64,000 nucleotides of DNA, taken from NCBI RefSeq assembly GCF_006345805.1, contig NC_042999.1:96348001-96412000 (forward strand), in the 5' to 3' direction. Source of the DNA: Octopus sinensis (taxonomy: Eukaryota). Shown here piece by piece: positions 1-12,954 of the stretch (positions within the stretch are counted from its first letter, which is position 1; each line of letters starts with the position of its first letter). The notes beneath the pieces are model-generated. The model did not search any database. It was given only the letters and a program-made list of their open reading frames with translations, and was not told the origin of the DNA. Both the position numbers and the translations under genes were made by a program.

Positions 1-1992
1 TCTTTCTTCTCTCTATTTTCTGTCTTAATCTTCTCTGAGCATGGGGAAAGCTATTAATGTTGCTCCTTATACAAGTTCCATCTTGAGTATTAGCTTCGAT
101 CATTTTGTACCTGATTCACTGAGTGACACATAAAGAACTAAACAACTACTGGGATGAATAACGTTAAAAATGTTTCAATGAAAATTAAATGAGAAAGAAA
201 CAAAAGGATATTTGAAGTTAATGACAGAAAATTCGAAGCGGTAAATGAAATTAAATTTTGTTAATTGTTTAGCTTAATAGAAAGAGGAAACCTTTCAATA
301 AGACGTCTTACAACTATTGACGTGAATAAAAAAAATATTGGAAACGAATGACAGTGAAAATGTCACAAATGGAAACAGCTTTTAATCATGCAACGGAAAT
401 GAAATCTTTTTAATGAACAAAATTGCTGTGTTCAACGAAGAACTTTTTCGATAGAATTGGTCAATTTTGAAAGGTATATTATTTTAACTTTGCGAAAGGG
501 TGTAGCATTTTCAGCTAGATCTATAAATAGAATCTATAGAAGCAGAATTAAGTAACTGTCCAAGAAAAGAAATAAATAATTGTGCAGCATTTACAAGATT
601 TTGAAATTCCATTAGTTAATTTTGTGCGCATTACTTTGAATGTAGAAATGAACAAAATTAGTCTTACTTTAATAGGTATTATGAAATATTAAAAAAAAAA
701 ACATGCGTTTCACTCATCGACATGGAATTTCAGTAATTTTATTCCTAAGACATGTTTAGCGTTTATCGTCATTAAACCTGAATTAAACTACGTTTTACAG
801 TTCTTATCATTATCAGGACACGACTCTTCGATTCGAGAAGAGAGGGAAAAAATTAGGCGGTACAATCCTATGTATAATGTATGTAAGAACAAGCATACGT
901 TTTAATTTAATCTCCCTTAATTTCCAACGTACCGCAGAATCTTCAACAGAAATTCAATTAGATATTTAAAATATTTCCTAGTTCCATTACAAATTTTAAT
1001 TTCAAGCGACTGTCTAATGCAATAAATTCAACTTCTGTAGTTACTTGTATCTTTGCCAGCCGTAATAAAACCATGGAATCTTAGAATTGTTGTACAGATG
1101 GAATTCTTTAACCGAACATGATTTTAAGACTCACTTATATCGGCACAGATAATGTTTTATTAACTCAGAAAGGAAATTCTTCGAAAAATTGCCAAAATAT
1201 TTGCTTTCGTTCGTGCTAGAATTTGCGAAGTTGTATAGACACAAAGGTTTTCTGTCAAAATGGAGTTGCCATTTGCTCTTAACTAAGAAACAATCTCGTA
1301 AAATTCTTTTAAACACCATTCAATATTGTCTCATTATAATACACTAAGAGGATATGTTGTAAGAATTTAGAAAATGCTGAAAAACGTTGGGACATTTAGG
1401 CATGATGACTATGTTTCTTGTATCCATTCTTGAAAGATTTTCCAATTTTTTCCCTTCTGGTTTGTTATTATTACATTTGCAGACTTCACAGCATTGTGGT
1501 TGCAAATTTTCTTCACGCATTCACCAACATAAATGCCAAATTTTAATGCATAAACTTTTTCAATTAATTATTTATTCTTCCCCTTTTCTTTTTCTGTAAG
1601 AGTATTTTATACCATCCTCACCCTTTCCTTAGCTCTTCTTGCAAGGACTTTTTAAATTGGTGAGAGTCAATGGGTTTTTCTGTTCACAATCAAAATATAT
1701 GACATTCAAATGTTTTCTGCTTGTTCTTTAATATATTCTTTTCCCTTATTCTATTTACCACGATCGTCTGAAGAGGTGTAACTCATAATAGTAAGGGTAT
1801 GTTAAGTTTCCAGCAGCAAGTGTATATATATATATATAGGTTATGAGAGGTAATGCTGTCAAGAAGACCCAAAGGTGTCAGGTAATGCTGAGTAAGCGCT
1901 ATGGACAGATTATAGTTAAGCTCCAGGTTCGGTGATTATGCGAATGAGGAGTCCAACGTAGGTCATATATTCGCATGCATATATATAAAAAA

Positions 1993-2657
1993 AATTAGCC
2001 GAATGAGATAAAAATCCAAGGCTGCGAAAGATATCAGAACATTTATAAAGAGAAGGTCTTACAGCTGCTTCCAGTATATTTTATATATCCATTCATCGGA
2101 GACAGTGCGAAAAAATGGTTAAGCAATAGTTATTCTATAGAAAACTAGCAGTATCGCCCGGCATTGCTCGGGTTTGTAAGGGAAATAACTATATAAGCAT
2201 TTTAGAGAGTTACTTCCCTTATATAAAACCGAGTAAAAAATGCATTAAAAAAATGAAAAAATGATGGTAAATTTTTTTAAAATCATAGACTCATCGTACA
2301 CGCGCGCTAATACCCAAAAGGGCTCGATATGAATCACGACTATAAGGTACCCGCTTTTGGTTAAACTGCACCACAAAATGTGGGAGTATTTAGGAATCTA
2401 AATCGGAGTAGACAGACTCTCACACACACAACTTCAGTTTTATATATAAAGATATCCATGCATATCTCACGTCTGTTTTCATTCCTCCACTTCACTCTCT
2501 ATTTCATATCTTCTATACAATAACTATTGCTTAACCATTTTCTCGCACCGTCTTTGATGAAAGGATATATAAAATATACTGGAAGCAGCTGTAAGACCTC
2601 TTTATAAATGTTCTGAAATCTTTCACAGCCTTGGATTTTTATCTCATTCTGTTAATT
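1993..2657. repeat. Inverted-repeat pair (arms about 1993-2134 and 2519-2657) of a Penelope-like terminal fragment, each arm carrying a degenerate hammerhead motif
   Basis: Left arm aattagccgaatgagataaaaatccaaggctg...gcaatagttatt is the reverse complement of right arm aataactattgc...ggatttttatctcattctgttaatt, with a few substitutions. Each arm contains gtct-(T/C)(T/C)GATGA-a-stem-gGAAGC-AGCT-GTA-agac. Confidence 0.85.
2144..2453 (+). mobile_element. Non-autonomous Helitron/Helentron-like (DINE-1-like) element in the spacer of the inverted repeat
   Basis: Begins actagcagtatcgcccggcattgctcggg (ACTAG start plus GC-rich subterminal hairpin cccg...cggg) and ends gacagactctcacacacacaacttcagttttatatataaagat, the terminal pattern typical of invertebrate DINE-1/Helentron-type elements. 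No ORF. Confidence 0.6.
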
Positions 2658-2819
2658 ATATATATATATATATATATAATACATATATATATATATAGTA
2701 TATATATATATATATTATATATATTATATATATATATGTATATATATATGTATGTATATGTATAGATATATACCTACACACACACACGCTTTCTTAATGT
2801 CCACATTTCCGTCCTTGCA

Positions 2820-2850
<31 letters not shown>

Positions 2851-2897
2851 ATATATATATATATATATTATATATATATATATATATATTATATATG

Positions 2898-2954
<57 letters not shown>

Positions 2955-2975
2955 GTATATATATATGTATATATA

Positions 2976-3013
<38 letters not shown>

Positions 3014-3085
3014 ATATATATATAATATATATATTATTATATATATATATATTATATATATATATATATATACACACATACATAC

Positions 3086-3119
<34 letters not shown>

Positions 3120-3468
3120 GTTCTCAGAAACACATGTAAGTTGACGCAATTAAATAATTTGCTTTCTTAGCTTTGTTTCTATTTTCTAGGTGTACTCCGA
3201 AAAAATCATTTAAAGACAGCTTGGGCTATAATACACGAGTTCTCTTCGTGGTTTTCACTTTCACTATATTAAGGTACATATGAAGTTTAAAAATGTTTTA
3301 ACTTTATGTTTAAAAATTAGGTTATGCAATTTCAACCGCACTTGTGCAATAACATCCACAATCCCCCATCGACGCCCGCCCCCACATATATATAGAGAGT
3401 GCGAGATGAAAATACATATAAATATTTATATACATATATATATAATATATATAATATATATATATATA

Positions 3469-3525
<57 letters not shown>

Positions 3526-3568
3526 ATATATATATATATGAATGTATGCATCTATATATATATATATA

Positions 3569-3611
<43 letters not shown>

Positions 3612-3638
3612 TATATGAATGTATGCATCTATATATAT

Positions 3639-3677
<39 letters not shown>

Positions 3678-3745
3678 ACACATATATATATATATGTTTC
3701 TGTGCATGCATTTATTATATACATATATATACACACTCGTGCACA
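2657..3745. repeat. Large imperfect (TA)n/(TACA)n microsatellite blocks (about 2657-3120 and 3410-3745)
   Basis: Directly visible; source of the I/Y-rich ORFs in the track. Confidence 0.95.
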
Positions 3746-3768
3746 CTCATAACAACCATCGCAAACAC

Positions 3769-6165
3769 CTGACGATATATCTTACCAAAGACATATTGGC
3801 TGCTTTCTAATCACGTTTATTAATTTCATCAATATTTTCAATCAGTCCCATTCTTTTACAAAACTCTTGATAAGTTGATAATACTATTCCATTTACAGTT
3901 TTTAAGCTTCTTTGTTGTAGTATAACAGTATTCTCATAAATTAAAGATCTGTGTGACTAGGGTTTAAGTTGATAATACGAGTCTTATACAAATCATGGCA
4001 CATTATCCGTCACAACCACCAATCAGCTTTTCTGGTTGTCTTCGTTCTTTCATAATTTATCCCAAACTCATTACTGATTCACATGTAATACTGCAATATA
4101 TGACGGTAAAAGGTGATTATTATTAGCCTCAGGAGCAACAACAACCAGTTTTAAATACAGTCAACTTAGTTATTCCTGGCTTACAGTTCGCCAATCATTT
4201 GCTTGACTATATTCATTATGAGTAATTTGTTCATTCTGTAGATGCTCTGGAAGCTTTTGAACTGCAGGATATTGCTTATGCATTGGGAATGCAGAAAGTT
4301 TCAGATAAGTCTAGAAAACACTGAGTCTTCACAAATACCCGAATTTCGTTTTATGCCTGCTACCCACCTGGAATTTGAGCCATCGCGCGATCTGATCCTT
4401 TGGTAATGTTTTTGCAGTCATTCTTCACTGCTTCCGTCAATGCCACTATTTCAGCAGTGGTATGTGCCTCATACGTTGCGCTAAGTGTAGTTTTATACGG
4501 TACGGACCAATGATTGCTAATCTTTATCTCCCGTCTGTGTGTTTGCAAAATGCAGGATTTCCCGCCATATTATCCCAATTAGAGTCTTTAAAAAGGAAAC
4601 GAATTTTCATTCTTAACAATGTAGCTTGTACTGTTCGGAAATCCTTTCTGAAATTTACAATATGTTTCTGTACGGACTTTTGAGACTGGATTGTCCACGG
4701 GGACCGAAGGATCATGTTATTTTGAAATATATTGAATAACAAAAGACTCTTGATCTAGATTCTCAGCACAAACAAATCGCTCAATATCAGTTGTTCCCTG
4801 GGGTTATTTCTTTCTTCTAGGTTTAAAAGAACACGACTGTCTGGCTATCCTCTCTGCTAGATTTCTTTCATACATGGTTAACGTTTTAACTCTTTAAGTA
4901 GGTCATGAAGATGCTTCAGATTTTAATGAAACACTCTTTCTCTATCAAATCGATCACTTGGATTTTCACATGGAAAAAATCATGACTTTAATCTTTTTTT
5001 CCAGTTCGGATTTGTCGTATATGTAATGGCAATATCCTGCGCTCCAAAGCTTCTGACGTTGCTCATGGATTCTTGGAATGCTTCTTGGAAATCCATATAT
5101 ATACACGATGGTGTTATGATTTTGCCTTGATTTCATTATTCTCCATCCACAGCACCAACAAGACCTTTGTAAGTGACCGGATGTATCATTATTTTTGTGT
5201 TTTTTTTTAATATTTTCGTTATAGTTACATCCCTTTATTTTTATCTATCAGTCTTGACAGAATAGACATGTGCAAGTTTTTGGCAGAGATTCCTTAACGT
5301 TAGCGTTATAAAATTATATGTTTCAGCTACTTGCAAATATAATTCTGTATGAATGAAATCTGTTTATTATTTCTGATACTCTTAACGTTTATTCTTTATG
5401 TCAATCAGTGCCAAAAGTAAGCACGATGTAGTAAAGAGCATCAAAACTTCGGAGTATCTTTATATGTATACAGCCATGTGCTTCCACATATATGATACTT
5501 CGAGGTATCTTATATATATACGACCAGCTGCTTCTACATATGTAGACAATTGCATACAGTCCCAATTCTGTGACAAATGTTCCTGTACAATTCTAATTTT
5601 GGACTATAACCTGGCATCGTTGTTAACTAACAACAGGGAATTCAAGGCCAAGGTGATCCACAAGAGGAAGCTTTTTCTAGATATGTTAATGGTTCAAAAT
5701 TTGGTAATTATTGCCTTTTCCATCCCAGTGGTTTGATGTGTTTCAGCCGCATTACAAAACCTGCACTTGTTCTCATTACACACGTGGAAAAGTTCTGGTT
5801 TTGCACTGGGTTATGGAAGAAACACAATCCAAAACAATAGCAATCTTTTCTCTTAAACTGAACTTCAAAGTGACGATTTCAGGCGGTTTTTAATAGCTTT
5901 CCTTTCTTCTCCACTTTCATTTTATAAAACTTGAGACATACAGTTTCTGTAAGATAATAACCGAGTGATTTTTCACTTTCAAATAATCATGCTTTTCTGT
6001 TGGTTGCTAAGAGGTAGTTTCTTTCTGAATCACTTTCTCTTAATCACTTTCTCTTAATCACAGTTTCTACATGCAACCAGGGAGGTGTTTCTAAATTCTC
6101 CAGCTTCCTCTGCATGTTGACGCTGTATTTTCCCGTGCCTCTATTTTGCTATGTTCTCTTGGCAT
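3769..6165 (-). pseudogene. Decayed autonomous Helitron Rep/Hel gene (N-terminus through the Rep domain to the start of the Rep-helicase linker), with many stops and frameshifts
   Basis: Minus-strand translations across frames: PGYSPKLELYRNICHRIG (cf. F.I.GQ.YHRIG); AITYTTNPNWKK...ENPSDRFDRERVFH (cf. LFITFTCNP.W...DRPD..ARVF); DIERFVCAE; REIKISNHWSVPYKTTLSATYEAHTTAE...KNITKGSDRAM (cf. DNRWVVPYNP.L...Y.AHINVE...KY..KGSDRA); SLKTVNGIVLSTYQEFCKRMGLIEN (cf. DL.TVNG...TF.EAC...GLLE). Motifs are in the correct order. Confidence 0.85.
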
Positions 6166-6456
6166 TGTTATAATTTTACTTCGTTCAAGAAAACATCCGA
6201 ATGATAGATTTCTTATTTATATAATCTTTAAGGAATTATAAAATTGGTCTGCTGGAATCAGCTTGTCGCAAGCAAGTTAAATGGTGATTTCTAAAATTTT
6301 ATAGGGCAGCACCAGTTGAGATTAAAATTTATTTAAAACATAATTTAAGACACACATACATGCACAGAGCTAACGCAAATTTATGTTTTCAATTTTTTGT
6401 GCATTACTAAAACTACACTTATTTTTATTCTCAGTCTATCTTATCTTCTCTCTCTC

Positions 6457-6491
<35 letters not shown>

Positions 6492-7909
6492 GGAAGAAAT
6501 CCATTGTGTTTGGGTTTGGAGAGTCAAGGGCTCCGCCATGTTTAAAATGCTCGAGACACGGCGTATGTCATAACAGTGTTCCTACAACTATTATATTTCA
6601 TGTCTGTGCTCCGTCTTTGCTTGAGAATTTATCGTCTTGTTCTAACAGTATTTATCCTTGATCGCTCTGGCTACAACTATCGAATGCCGCTCCACAAAGT
6701 GAACGTATTAGGTAATCGAAACCATAAAGCGTATTCAATTGAAGGTTGATGAAAGGAACTATTTTGTATAACCTTATTTTTCCATCCGACCTTTTAATGT
6801 CTATTTGTTTTGTCGTGCCTTTCCTCGTCCCAATCCTCCCATGTAAACTTCGGTCCAAAGACATTCCACTTACCCTGTTTTCGCTCCGTTCTGGTTGTAT
6901 AGTTATTGTCCGTTCTGTAAATGTCCATGTCTTGTACGTCTTTTGTACTTCGCCTGGTACACACCTTTTAGTATATTTCTTATTGTTAATGCACACAGCT
7001 TCCTTTTTTCGCAACATTAACTTGTTTAACCATTTACCTTTTTCCGCAATCTTTCCTTCTCCCTTTCCTCTCACACACACACTCTCTCTCTCTTTCTCAC
7101 CCCCTTCCCCACCTGCTTTCTTAACCCTTTTATCCTTGCGTCCTTCCCGTCAGTTCTACTACTGCTGTATTTTTATATATGGTAATTTATTTTTTATTTG
7201 CTTTCACTACCAGTTTTCTCCTGTATGATAGCTTTTTATTCTTTGACCGCTGGTACATTCGGACGAGTCTTTTCTCCATTCCCTTGATCAAAAGGCCTTC
7301 TATAATTTCTCTTCATGTTGATCCGTGCACACTCTTGTATTTTCTAAGTCGCAAGACTATTTAAATATTTTGTTTACAGTCGAAAGACTGTCACTTTTCT
7401 TGTCTGTGCTACACTCCTGAAACAGATAACCTAGCACTAGCTATCGAATACTGCTCCACTAGTGGGAACGCAATGAGGTGTTCGAAACCATGGAGAACAT
7501 TTTGTTGGTGGCTAATTGAAGAATTTTTTTGTATCATTTTTACCGTCCTGTTCCATGTCTATTAGCTTTTGCTTGCCTTTATCACTTACCCGTCTCTCGG
7601 TGTAAAATCTTGTTGAAAGACACTCCACGTTCACTATCTCTGCTTCGTCCTGATGGTTTTTTTTCTTTGCCCTCTTTTGTAAATTTTACGAACTCATTCC
7701 TGTCTCGGTCTTTAGTACTTCACTCATTGCACTCGTAAACACACACACACATTCGTACATACATCTATATATACACACATATGCACGTATGTATATATAT
7801 TCATATATGTATGTATGTGTATGTATGTACATATATATATATATATATATATAATATATATATATACACGTATATATATATACATATGTTTATATTATAT
7901 ATATGGTTG

Positions 7910-7979
<70 letters not shown>

Positions 7980-8486
7980 ATTTCTTCTCACGCCATGTAT
8001 CTGTAACTATAAACTCTACTAATCGGTTAATTACTTCATTTTCTCTACCCTATCCATTCTCTCTTTGTCTCTTTCCATTAATCTTCCACGATGTGTTTCT
8101 CTCTTACTTCTCCTTACCTGACTTCCCTCCACCCCTATCAGTTCACTGTTTCCTCATTTAACTTTTCGTCTCAAACATGTAATACACACAATTAATCTCA
8201 CTTTATCTGTCACACACGTTGCTTTCCGGATCTTTTTTCTCTTCAACTCTTATTCTACCTTTTTCCAAGTTTGTGGCAGCGCAGTGTAGAACGTTTTCAT
8301 TCGTTTCCAGAGAGAGAGAGTGGAGGTGCAGAAACAAATTGTTACAACACGTATTTTACATTGAAACCAATGAGTTTTTGTAACCATACACTCCTCTAGA
8401 CTCTTATGCCCCACCCCCACTTTTTTCTTTGGCATAATCTGTTCAGATTCCTCTAATTTCTTGCTCTCGTTTTTATTCTCCTATGA

Positions 8487-8519
<33 letters not shown>

Positions 8520-9096
8520 TTCTCTCTCATTCACTCGCCCATCAATTCTATTTATCATCCACTGTCTTTCCTTCCTTCAAGAAAGTAACAAGCTTTACTT
8601 ATTCCTTATTCTCTAATATTTTACCCTCTTTCTTAATTTTCACTAACTCTGCGGCCAAATGTTATACACCATTTTGATTTGTATCGTCTGGTCTTCTTTA
8701 GTAAGGATTATATAAATCAAGCGCCAAAAAAAAACAAAAAAAAAACACATAAGCAAATAGGCGTATGTTCTCCCCTATACCGAATTCTTATGCATGCCTT
8801 TCCCTGCACTTTTACACACCCCCACAGACGCGTGACGCACTTTTACACACCCCCACAAACGAACAGAGAAAGTTGGGAGGAGGAATGGAATTAATGCATG
8901 CATACACACACACACACCACACACAAACGATAGTATTGAACAGCGAGAATGAGTACTCAGCACCGCATTTGGTGGGAAAACATTTATTTGTAGATTAACA
9001 ATGCCAGCAATGGTTTCATGTGGAGAGATGTCATCCAGCATAGAGACAGATGGCCAACATTCTTGAGTGGAATACTTAAAAAATTTCAAACACCCA

Positions 9097-9245
9097 TGGC
9101 TATGTGGTAAGAAGCTTGCTTCTCAACCACATGGTTCTGGGTTCAGTCCCACTGCATGGCACCTTGAGCAAGCGTTTACTATGCCCTCGGACCGATTAAT
9201 GCTTTGTGAGTGGATTTGGTAGACGGAGACTGAAAGAAGCCTGTC

Positions 9246-9325
<80 letters not shown>

Positions 9326-9526
9326 AGTGCTTGTCCCCACCACCATCGCTTCACAACCGATGTTGGTGTGCTTACGTCCCCATAACTTAGCGGTTCGGCA
9401 AAAGAAGCCGATAGAATAAGTACTAGGCTTACGAAGAATAAGTCCTGGGGTCTGTTTGTTCGAGTAAAGGCGGTGCTCAGCATGGCTGCAGTCAAGTGAC
9501 TGACACAAGTAAAAGAGTAAAAGAGT
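9097..9526 (+). mobile_element. tRNA-derived SINE, family A, with internal (TA)n(TG)n tract
   Basis: A-box-like tggctatgtgg, B-box-like ggttcagtcc, body cttgagcaag...gtgagtggatttggtagacggagactgaaagaagcc, 3' tail (gtaaaaga)n; homologous to 11917-12323. Confidence 0.9.
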
Positions 9527-9600
9527 ACCCATATAAAACCTGTAGTAGCAGTGTTAATTCACAACTAAATTATATATACGTATAATATATATATATAAAT

Positions 9601-9819
9601 AGGCGGCGAGCTGGCAGAAACGTTAGCACGCCGAACGAAATGCGTAGCCGTAACGTTCTGAGTTCAAATTCCGCCGAGGTCGACTTTGCCTTTCATCCTT
9701 TCGGGGTCGATAAATTAAGTCCCAGTTACGCACTGGGGCTGAATTAATGGACTTAGTCCCTTTGTCTGCCCTTGTTTGTCCACTCTATGTTTAGCACTTT
9801 GTGGGCAATAAAGAAATAA
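9601..9819 (+). mobile_element. tRNA-derived SINE, family B (aagaaata-type tail)
   Basis: aggcggcgagctggcagaaacgttagcacgccg...gagttcaaattccgccgaggtcgactttgcctttcatcctttcggggtcgataaattaagt; multiple homologues in the window. Confidence 0.9.
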
Positions 9820-10062
9820 ATATATATTTATAAATATACATATGCACAGACACGCGTATGTATGTATTCTTCTGTCTTTATCACCTCTCTAACTATTCAA
9901 TACTAGTGCTCACCTTATCTTCTGTTGGGTTAACCGCCACCAGACCATTTCTGCTCTCAATACTGCCTGCGAGGATGTAGCTGTCATTTCTATTGTTCTC
10001 CCATTAACTTATGCCATGACTGTCTTTATCATTACACTCTCTCGTACTGTCTCTCCCATTTC

Positions 10063-10632
10063 TATTGGGTTTTCTGGAAAGTTTGTGCCGATTTATAGTA
10101 GCTTACCTTTCAACTTATTTTAGTACATGGTTGAGTCCATGAAATAGGATTTGACTACACCTCCATTTAGAGCACAATTTAAGCTATCTTTTCGTGGAAG
10201 AAGATTTATGTTCCTATAACCTGTGTTAATTCTGTAACCTTTTAAAATGGAAGATAAGAAAGTTTATTTTCGGCACTTGATGCTTTGGGAACCAGGCAAA
10301 AATTGCTACAGCTCGGCTGGGATGTGTTACCCCACCCTCCATATTCACCAGATATTCCACCTTCGGATTTCCACTTATTCAGGTCTCTGCAGAACAGTCT
10401 TAATGGTAAAAATTTTAATTCCTTGGATGACGTAAAAAGATACCTTGATGAATTCTTTGCCATGAAACCACCTCAATTCTGGAAAGAGGGTATTTTCAAG
10501 TTAAAGGACAGATAGAGACGCATTGTGTAACAAAATGGTTCATATTTGATTGCTTAAAAATGTAATGGCAAGTATTTATTGACCATTTTCTTTCCTTTAA
10601 AAATCGGCACGGACTTTCCGGACAACCCAATA
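10063..10632 (+). mobile_element. Internally deleted mariner element with both terminal inverted repeats and TA target duplication
   Basis: 5' TIR tattgggttttctggaaagtttgtgccgattt and 3' TIR aaatcggcacggactttccggacaacccaata are reverse complements. Transposase N-terminus MEDKKVYFRHLMLWE is joined near 10291 to the C-terminus QLGWDVLPHPPYSPDIPPSDFHLFRSLQNSL (mariner YSPDLAPSD motif). Confidence 0.92.
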
Positions 10633-11563
10633 CTTTCTGTTCTATAGCATTACCCCGATCACACAGCCTCTACCCCATACTCTCTTTTCTATCTCCTTCT
10701 CACTCTCGATCAATGATTCTCGACAATTTTTTACCAATGGACCCCTTTGATTTCTATTCTCTTTGGGTACACCCTCAGCCATTTAAAAATCTTTAAAAAT
10801 CCTATTATATTTTTATAATTTGATATTATTCGGACCTGTATAAAAAAAGGCTGTAAAAATATTTTGTGTATTGTAGAAGTGTAACCAATTTATTGCAGAT
10901 AGATTTTAACAACAAAATCTTGAATAGATCCCCAGGGGCTACATGGATCCCCAAGAACCACTACTCTAGACATCTTATACAATCGCACTCTTTTCTATAC
11001 ACTCTATAGGTTGAGTCGCTCTGAGAGTAAGAAGGTAACATAGAACAATGAATATCTTTTCTGTATGATAGCGTACAAGGCAATCTCACTAATGCCGATG
11101 CCAAGATAAAATGCAACCAGTACACTTTGTAAAATAATTGGCAAAGATGTGGAGATATCTTTGACATGTTGCGACATATCCTCTCTGGTACTGTCGCCGT
11201 TAGAAAACACACCTAATGCACTCTAGAATGGTTGGTATTAGAAAAGTCAAAGCAAATGACGTGTGCACTCAACCGCGACAACACCTAGAAGGATAGTAAC
11301 TCTAAGAATTGATAGATCCAGTAGATGACAGCATTTAAAGCTGAGTGTAAATGTGTTTGTGCGTGCGTGTATGTATATGTCTGTGTGTTTGTGTGGGCAT
11401 TATGTTACGTGTACAACATCTCTCTATTGTTTTTTATGTATTTACATGTGATATACTGTCTATTGAAATCAGTTTAAACTTCACAGACAAATATGCATAC
11501 ATCGTAATACAAACACAGACATTCTGTACAATTCTGGACACAAGTTACAAATAGTTTTGTTGG

Positions 11564-11623
<60 letters not shown>

Positions 11624-11644
11624 ATATATATATGCAAATATGGA

Positions 11645-11833
11645 TGAGGACGTCACCAACTGTGTAAGCAACATGAACTACGTAGACAAACGAGTCAAAT
11701 ACGTAAACAACGAAAGAAAAAATGGAAAACAGGATAAGTAAACACGGAGAAACGTCTCTTCATCAGTTGTCGGTGTCTATCTACTCCTCATTTCGAGCAT
11801 TCAACGACAATATGAGTCTTCAAAGACAGTCGC
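11645..11833. mobile_element. Short interspersed repeat flanked by (TA)n, probably a Penelope-like terminal fragment; homologue at 28002-28153
   Basis: Shares cttcatcagttgtcgg(c)tgtctatc(t/g)actcctcatttcga and the aacaacg..aaaaatgg.aacagga.aagtaaaca segment with 28002-28153. The class assignment is inference. Confidence 0.6.
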
Positions 11834-11844
11834 TATATATACAT

Positions 11845-11906
<62 letters not shown>

Positions 11907-11916
11907 TTATATATAT

Positions 11917-12323
11917 AGGCGCAGGAGTGGTTGTGTGGTAAGTAACTTGTTTACCAACAACATGGTTCCGGGTTCAGTCCCACTGCGTGGCACCTTGGGC
12001 AAGTGTCTTCTACTATAGCCTCGGGCCGACCAAAGCCTTGTGAGTGGATTGTGTAGACGGAAACTGAAAGAAGCCCGTCGTATATATGTATATATATATA
12101 TGCGTGTGTGTGTTTGTGTGAGTGTGTTTGTCCCCCTAGCATTGCTTGACAACCGATGCTGGTGTGTTTACGTCCCCGTTACTTAGCGGTTCGGCAAAAG
12201 AGACCGATAGAATAAGTACTGGGCTTACAAAAGAATAAGTCCCGGGGTCGAGTTGCTCGATTAAAGGCGGTGCTTCAGCATGGCCGCAGTCAAATGACTG
12301 AAACAAGTAAAAGAGTAAAAGAA
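11917..12323 (+). mobile_element. tRNA-derived SINE, family A, full length
   Basis: aggcgcaggagtggttgtgtggtaag (A box), ggttcagtcc (B box), internal (TA)/(TG) tract, tail aagtaaaagagtaaaaga. Confidence 0.9.
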
Positions 12324-12680
12324 TATATACATACATACATAAATACATACACATACACGTTGGTGTAGTTATTCATATATATGTGCAAATATAAATGTAT
12401 ATGTATTTTATATTTACCGGTTTCTATAAGAAGCTACGGCCATGCCAGGGCACCATCTTTAATGTGATTGGTTTCACACTCACCTCCCGACTTCCTCTCC
12501 GAAATCGTTTCTGGTGAGCCACCGATTTGCGAAACTGAGTAATACCATCTGGTTGATAACTCACAAAGAATTTTGTGTCTGTTTCTCGTCCGGTTGTACA
12601 TTCAGTATACGTTGTACGTTTTTTTACCTGTGGTTTGTTTACTTATAATACATTTTTTCATTTATCATATGATATGCATA

Positions 12681-12725
<45 letters not shown>

Positions 12726-12732
12726 ATTGTGG

Positions 12733-12788
<56 letters not shown>

Positions 12789-12868
12789 TGTGTTTGTGGT
12801 GTGTGTGTGGTGTGTACACACATTTCATAATAAGTACACACACACACATACACAACACACACACAACA

Positions 12869-12954
<86 letters not shown>

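Noticed and set aside
1-1800. Possible continuation of the Helitron (helicase half) or a LINE relic on the minus strand
   Set aside because: I found no recognisable Walker A, DE or RT motif; left unannotated.
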